From Epiperipatus broadwayi (taxonomy: Eukaryota; Animalia; Onychophora): a DNA stretch of 64,000 nt. The position numbers and the translations under genes were made by a program. The stretch is taken from positions 16,926,001-16,990,000 of the forward strand of contig JAQFVV010000006.1 of NCBI GenBank assembly GCA_028023455.1, given 5' to 3'. Under the pieces are notes generated by a model. The model was not told where the DNA came from, ran no database searches, and saw only the letters and a program-made list of their open reading frames with translations. Below are positions 62,461 to 64,000 of this stretch, piece after piece (positions within the stretch are counted from its first letter, which is position 1; every line of letters begins with the position of its first letter).

Positions 62461-63944
62461 TTTTCTCAAAAGTAACCTTTATTAATCAAAAGATTACAAA
62501 AAATTATCGGGTACACTTATCCGTGGAGGATTACAAAGTGTTCAATGTTACAAAGCAAAACAATTATTGACCAGGTTTACAAAGTACGTGCGCTCAATAA
62601 CAAATATATCCATAAAAGGGTTGTATAGTTTTGCTTAATGTGTATCTATTTGTGGATGAGCACAATCTGCACTGCCCAAAAACAATCCATAAAGGGGGTG
62701 CAGCAGCACATTAGAGTGAAAAAGGTGCTGAAAACATAGACCCTGTACCCTCCCGGCAGGTTTTCCTGGCAGCGGCAATAATCATCACCAGCCTGCACCC
62801 ATAAACCAGACCCCCAATGACGCCATCATTAATCCCTGTGGAAGAAATGAGGAGTGCAGACCCTTGCCCGCAAATATTACAACAAAACTCAATTACTGTT
62901 ACAAAGATGATATTTCTAGCTGGAGTGTCTATCATCCAGTGATATCATCCTGCACACTGAGGTCAATGGAGCTGAACATCTGCCCTTAATCATTATCAAA
63001 TGCCTGTGTCTGCAAATATTCACAATAGCTGCTCAACCTACCAACCAAAGTCCTTCAGGGTTCGCAGTGATTTTTATTTGTCGATACTAATTGGATCCTG
63101 CTTCTTTTGATTGAATTTCAGGTCTTGATTAGTAATCATTGATTCAAATATAATCTGAAAGTTTGTTGTTAAACCTTGGAAAATTCTCAATAATTATTGC
63201 TTAAAAAAGTATGAATAATTTGCAGCTTCAGTGTCTGTTTAGGTCTAAAACATCATTTGTACCCATTTTTGTTTTTAAATCATTATTTTTTAGCTCAGGA
63301 ATCACTTCATTGTAATTCTGGGTTGGTTTGAAATTGGGGGGGGGGGCAATCCACCAGAAGGGGGGGGTAACTTCTGATCTGATCATTGGAGAAACCTGAT
63401 TTTTGTGCAGAGAGATAGCTTAGGTTATTTTCTATAATGTTCAATTCTAAAATTGAGATCGAATTAACATTTAAAACTTGCTTAACACTGCTAAAATCTG
63501 ATGCAAAGATAAATTTCCTAAAACCATCATTGTCAACAAATTATATTCCACGTTTTCTATGAGATTTGATGTCCAAATAAATTTCCTATTTAATCTATCA
63601 ATAAAATTAGGATTTCTAGTGTCTATTCTTTTCAGAATTATTTGGTTTCATTTAAAATTATTTTTCAAAGGTTTATAATATTCTAATGATTCAAAGAATT
63701 ACTTAAGCTAGCTTTTGTCTATTTCTAATAGCACCATTTGCATAAAACAGAATGATAGATAATTTCAATTATCATTGAATGAAAACTGTTCCAAAACTTC
63801 TTCTAAAGATGAAAAAGCTCTAAAACAGATATTCACTTACATCTTGGTAAACTTTTTTTCTATGAATCCAACAATGGACTATGACTTTGATGAACAAAAC
63901 AGGGAGCCTGAAACAGTGAAAACTGGAGTCCTAGGCTCCCTCTA
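62459..63944 (-). mobile_element. Short L1/Tx1-like element nested in the family B right arm
   Basis: Minus strand: hairpin head shared with 13546, degraded body, LINE C-terminus-like block (IIAAARKTC), AATAAA and A6 tail. Family B-like sequence resumes at 63945; no TSD. Confidence 0.6.
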
Positions 63945-64000
63945 GTGTGTTCAAATGTAATTGTAAATATCAGAGCTTTTTGAAATTGTTAATGAAACTG

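Noticed and set aside
108-63000. Most 60-110 aa ORFs in the supplied track
   Set aside because: They are antisense shadows of transposon ORFs or F/I/L/K/N/Y-rich chance ORFs expected in AT-rich DNA.

Overview
AT-rich eukaryotic (metazoan-type, probably invertebrate; inference) DNA dominated by decayed transposons. No rRNA, CRISPR or confidently intact host gene is visible. Non-LTR retrotransposons: a near-complete RTE-clade element (1-3090, -) plus a TSD-flanked 3' fragment, and several L1/Tx1-like insertions with poly(A) tails and target-site duplications (TSDs). Also present are a degraded Penelope-like element (PLE; RT + GIY-YIG, ~49800-52950, -), two pogo/Tigger deletion derivatives, a Buster-type hAT derivative with an 8-bp TSD, a probable MULE relic, a solo-LTR-like segment, tRNA-derived SINEs and three possible minus-strand host exons. 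The main observation, found by eye, is 13 minimal hammerhead-ribozyme (HHR)-like motifs from five apparently unrelated repeat families, most in head-to-head palindromes. One family carries a tRNA-like Pol III promoter (A/B boxes) directly upstream of the HHR. Two short L1/Tx1-like elements share a hairpin 5' head and appear internally deleted. All alignments and folds were done by eye and need computational confirmation.
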